DNA from: a virus
Taxonomy: Duplodnaviria; Caudoviricetes
Direction: 5' to 3' (one strand)
Virus record (IMG/VR): IMGVR_UViG_3300029145_000024
Coordinates: 1-25,732 of that record
DNA: 25,732 nt
Part shown: positions 24,457 through 25,732 of the stretch, in pieces
Layout: each line of letters opens with the position of its first letter
How positions within the stretch are numbered: position 1 is the first letter of the stretch
Position numbers and translations under genes: made by a program
Notes under the pieces: generated by a model
What the model saw: only the letters and a program-made list of their open reading frames with translations
Database searches by the model: none
Told to the model about the DNA's origin: nothing

Positions 24457-25715
24457 ATGCAATATGAAACAACTGAAAAACAGAATGAAGTATTGTCCTG
24501 TATATTGGCCCAAGAACCAATTTCATTCTTTTTCGATTCCAAAGCAAAAACAGCTTCTTTTAACATGGAAAGAAGAGAAATTTCCATGCCGTTATTTAAG
24601 GAAAATGTTCCTAGCTATGTGATAGATCATTTCATCATACATGAAATTTCTCATGCTTTAGAAACTGATAAAAATGTATTTGATAAAGCAGTTGAAAATA
24701 ACCTCTTGGACGAATTTAATGTTATTGAAGATTTTCGAATTGAAAATATTGCTTCTATGAAGTATAAAGGATTTCAAAATCTTCGAAATGTTTCGTATCG
24801 TTATCTACATCAAGTCTTAGATTTTTTCGGACTAGGATCTCTTACCAATCATATTGATATAGAAAACTATAGTTTCTTAGAAAGAATCAATGTTTTTTAT
24901 AAATGTGGTCATATTATTGATGTTGAATTTTCTGATGAAGAAAAAGAAATATTAAATGAAATAGAAGCATGTGAAACATCCTCTGATGTGTTTGATATTT
25001 GTAACAAATATTTTGATACAGAAGATTTTTCTATATTGAATTATGGCAATGAAAGATCTATATCTTGTGAGGTTGAAAATTATAATGAAGAATCTTATGA
25101 AGGTTCTTCTCTCGTAGTAGACAGGCCAAACGCTGCAAAAACAAATTTATATGAAGACCTATTATTAAATACTGATAAAAAAATAAAAATATGTAATTTT
25201 GATATAAACAAAACAGGAACAAATAAATTTTTATGTTCTGTTGAAAATTTTCATCCTGATCAATCAGACCGTGCATTTGATATATTAAAATTTTATAGCC
25301 GTGATTATATCAAGGATGATAAATTATTTATGGATCAAGAGAAAGCTTGTCGAAAATTTTCAGTAAATGCATCAAATATATTTTTAGCTAAAATGAAAGC
25401 TCATAATATTTCTAGAACTCGAATGTCAAAAACTGGTATTTTAGATCCTCAATCTTTATTTAAGTATAAAACAGATACTGATTTATTTAAAACAAAAGAA
25501 ATAACTAGAAATGGAAAAAATCATGGAGTATGTTGTTTTTTAGATTTTTCCGGTTCCATGCAGGGATCAAAAATTATGATGCTTCTGAAACAAGTCGCCA
25601 ATCTTGTTATGTTCTGTGAACGATTAGATCTTCCATATCAAATATGGTCACATGCAAATAGATCTTCTGGTTATTGTGGGGGGTGGATAAGAGATCATAA
25701 TAATTTACGGCCCGC
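24457..25715 (+). CDS. CobT-like HEXXH metallopeptidase/VWA domain protein, 3'-truncated; absent from the ORF track because it has no stop
   Basis: MQYETTEKQ...TASFN...HEISHAL...NVIEDFRIE...KTGILD...GKNHGVCCFLDFSGSM (MIDAS); open to the window end; SD GGAG. Confidence 0.88.
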
Positions 25716-25732
25716 GATCGTGACTGGGAAAC
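25716..25732 (-). other. Random-amplification primer tag (reverse complement), library artefact
   Basis: GATCGTGACTGGGAAAC is the reverse complement of bases 1-17. Confidence 0.93.

Noticed and set aside
5939-25276. Remaining short antisense or alternative-frame ORFs (e.g. 12158-12697, 18781-19140, 24225-24587, 24440-24622, 25058-25276)
   Set aside because: They are shadows of well-supported genes on the other strand or frame.
1-25732. Terminal inverted repeats as transposon ends or linear-genome termini
   Set aside because: The sequence equals a laboratory primer tag, cuts through a tRNA and a CDS, and no transposase or terminal protein is present.
1-25732. CRISPR array, diversity-generating retroelement or stop-codon recoding
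   Set aside because: No regularly spaced repeats or reverse transcriptase were seen, core genes are full length in the standard code, and there is no suppressor tRNA.

Overview
This is a fragment of an AT-rich, T4-like myovirus genome from a randomly amplified library: both ends carry the 17-nt primer tag GTTTCCCAGTCACGATC. Almost all genes are on the minus strand. The right half holds a conserved T4-like core block, read in the direction of transcription: gp3 tail completion, uvsY, dCMP deaminase, uvsW, an Sm-like protein, gp55 late sigma factor, gp47 and gp46. A CobS-like AAA+ ATPase is transcribed divergently from a truncated HEXXH/VWA (CobT-like) gene that the ORF track misses. The middle holds a LamG/Ig-like structural gene, two metallophosphoesterases, a macro-like protein, an AbrB-like protein, an ATP-grasp enzyme and many small hypothetical genes. 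The left 3.3 kb is an RNA-gene region driven by three perfect TTGACA-N17-TATAAT promoters. It contains tRNAs Glu, CAT (two), Pro and Asp, a NADAR gene, a ~630-750 nt ORF-free highly structured RNA candidate (ROOL/GOLLD-like context), one atypical tRNA-like gene, and two divergent 118-nt tRNA-like genes that each carry two T-arms and lack a proper anticodon arm. A tRNA-Ile(UAU) lies separately at 6.6 kb. The double-T-arm RNAs and the large RNA are the best candidates for an undescribed system. All RNA folds were read by eye and protein family calls come from remembered motifs; no searches were run.
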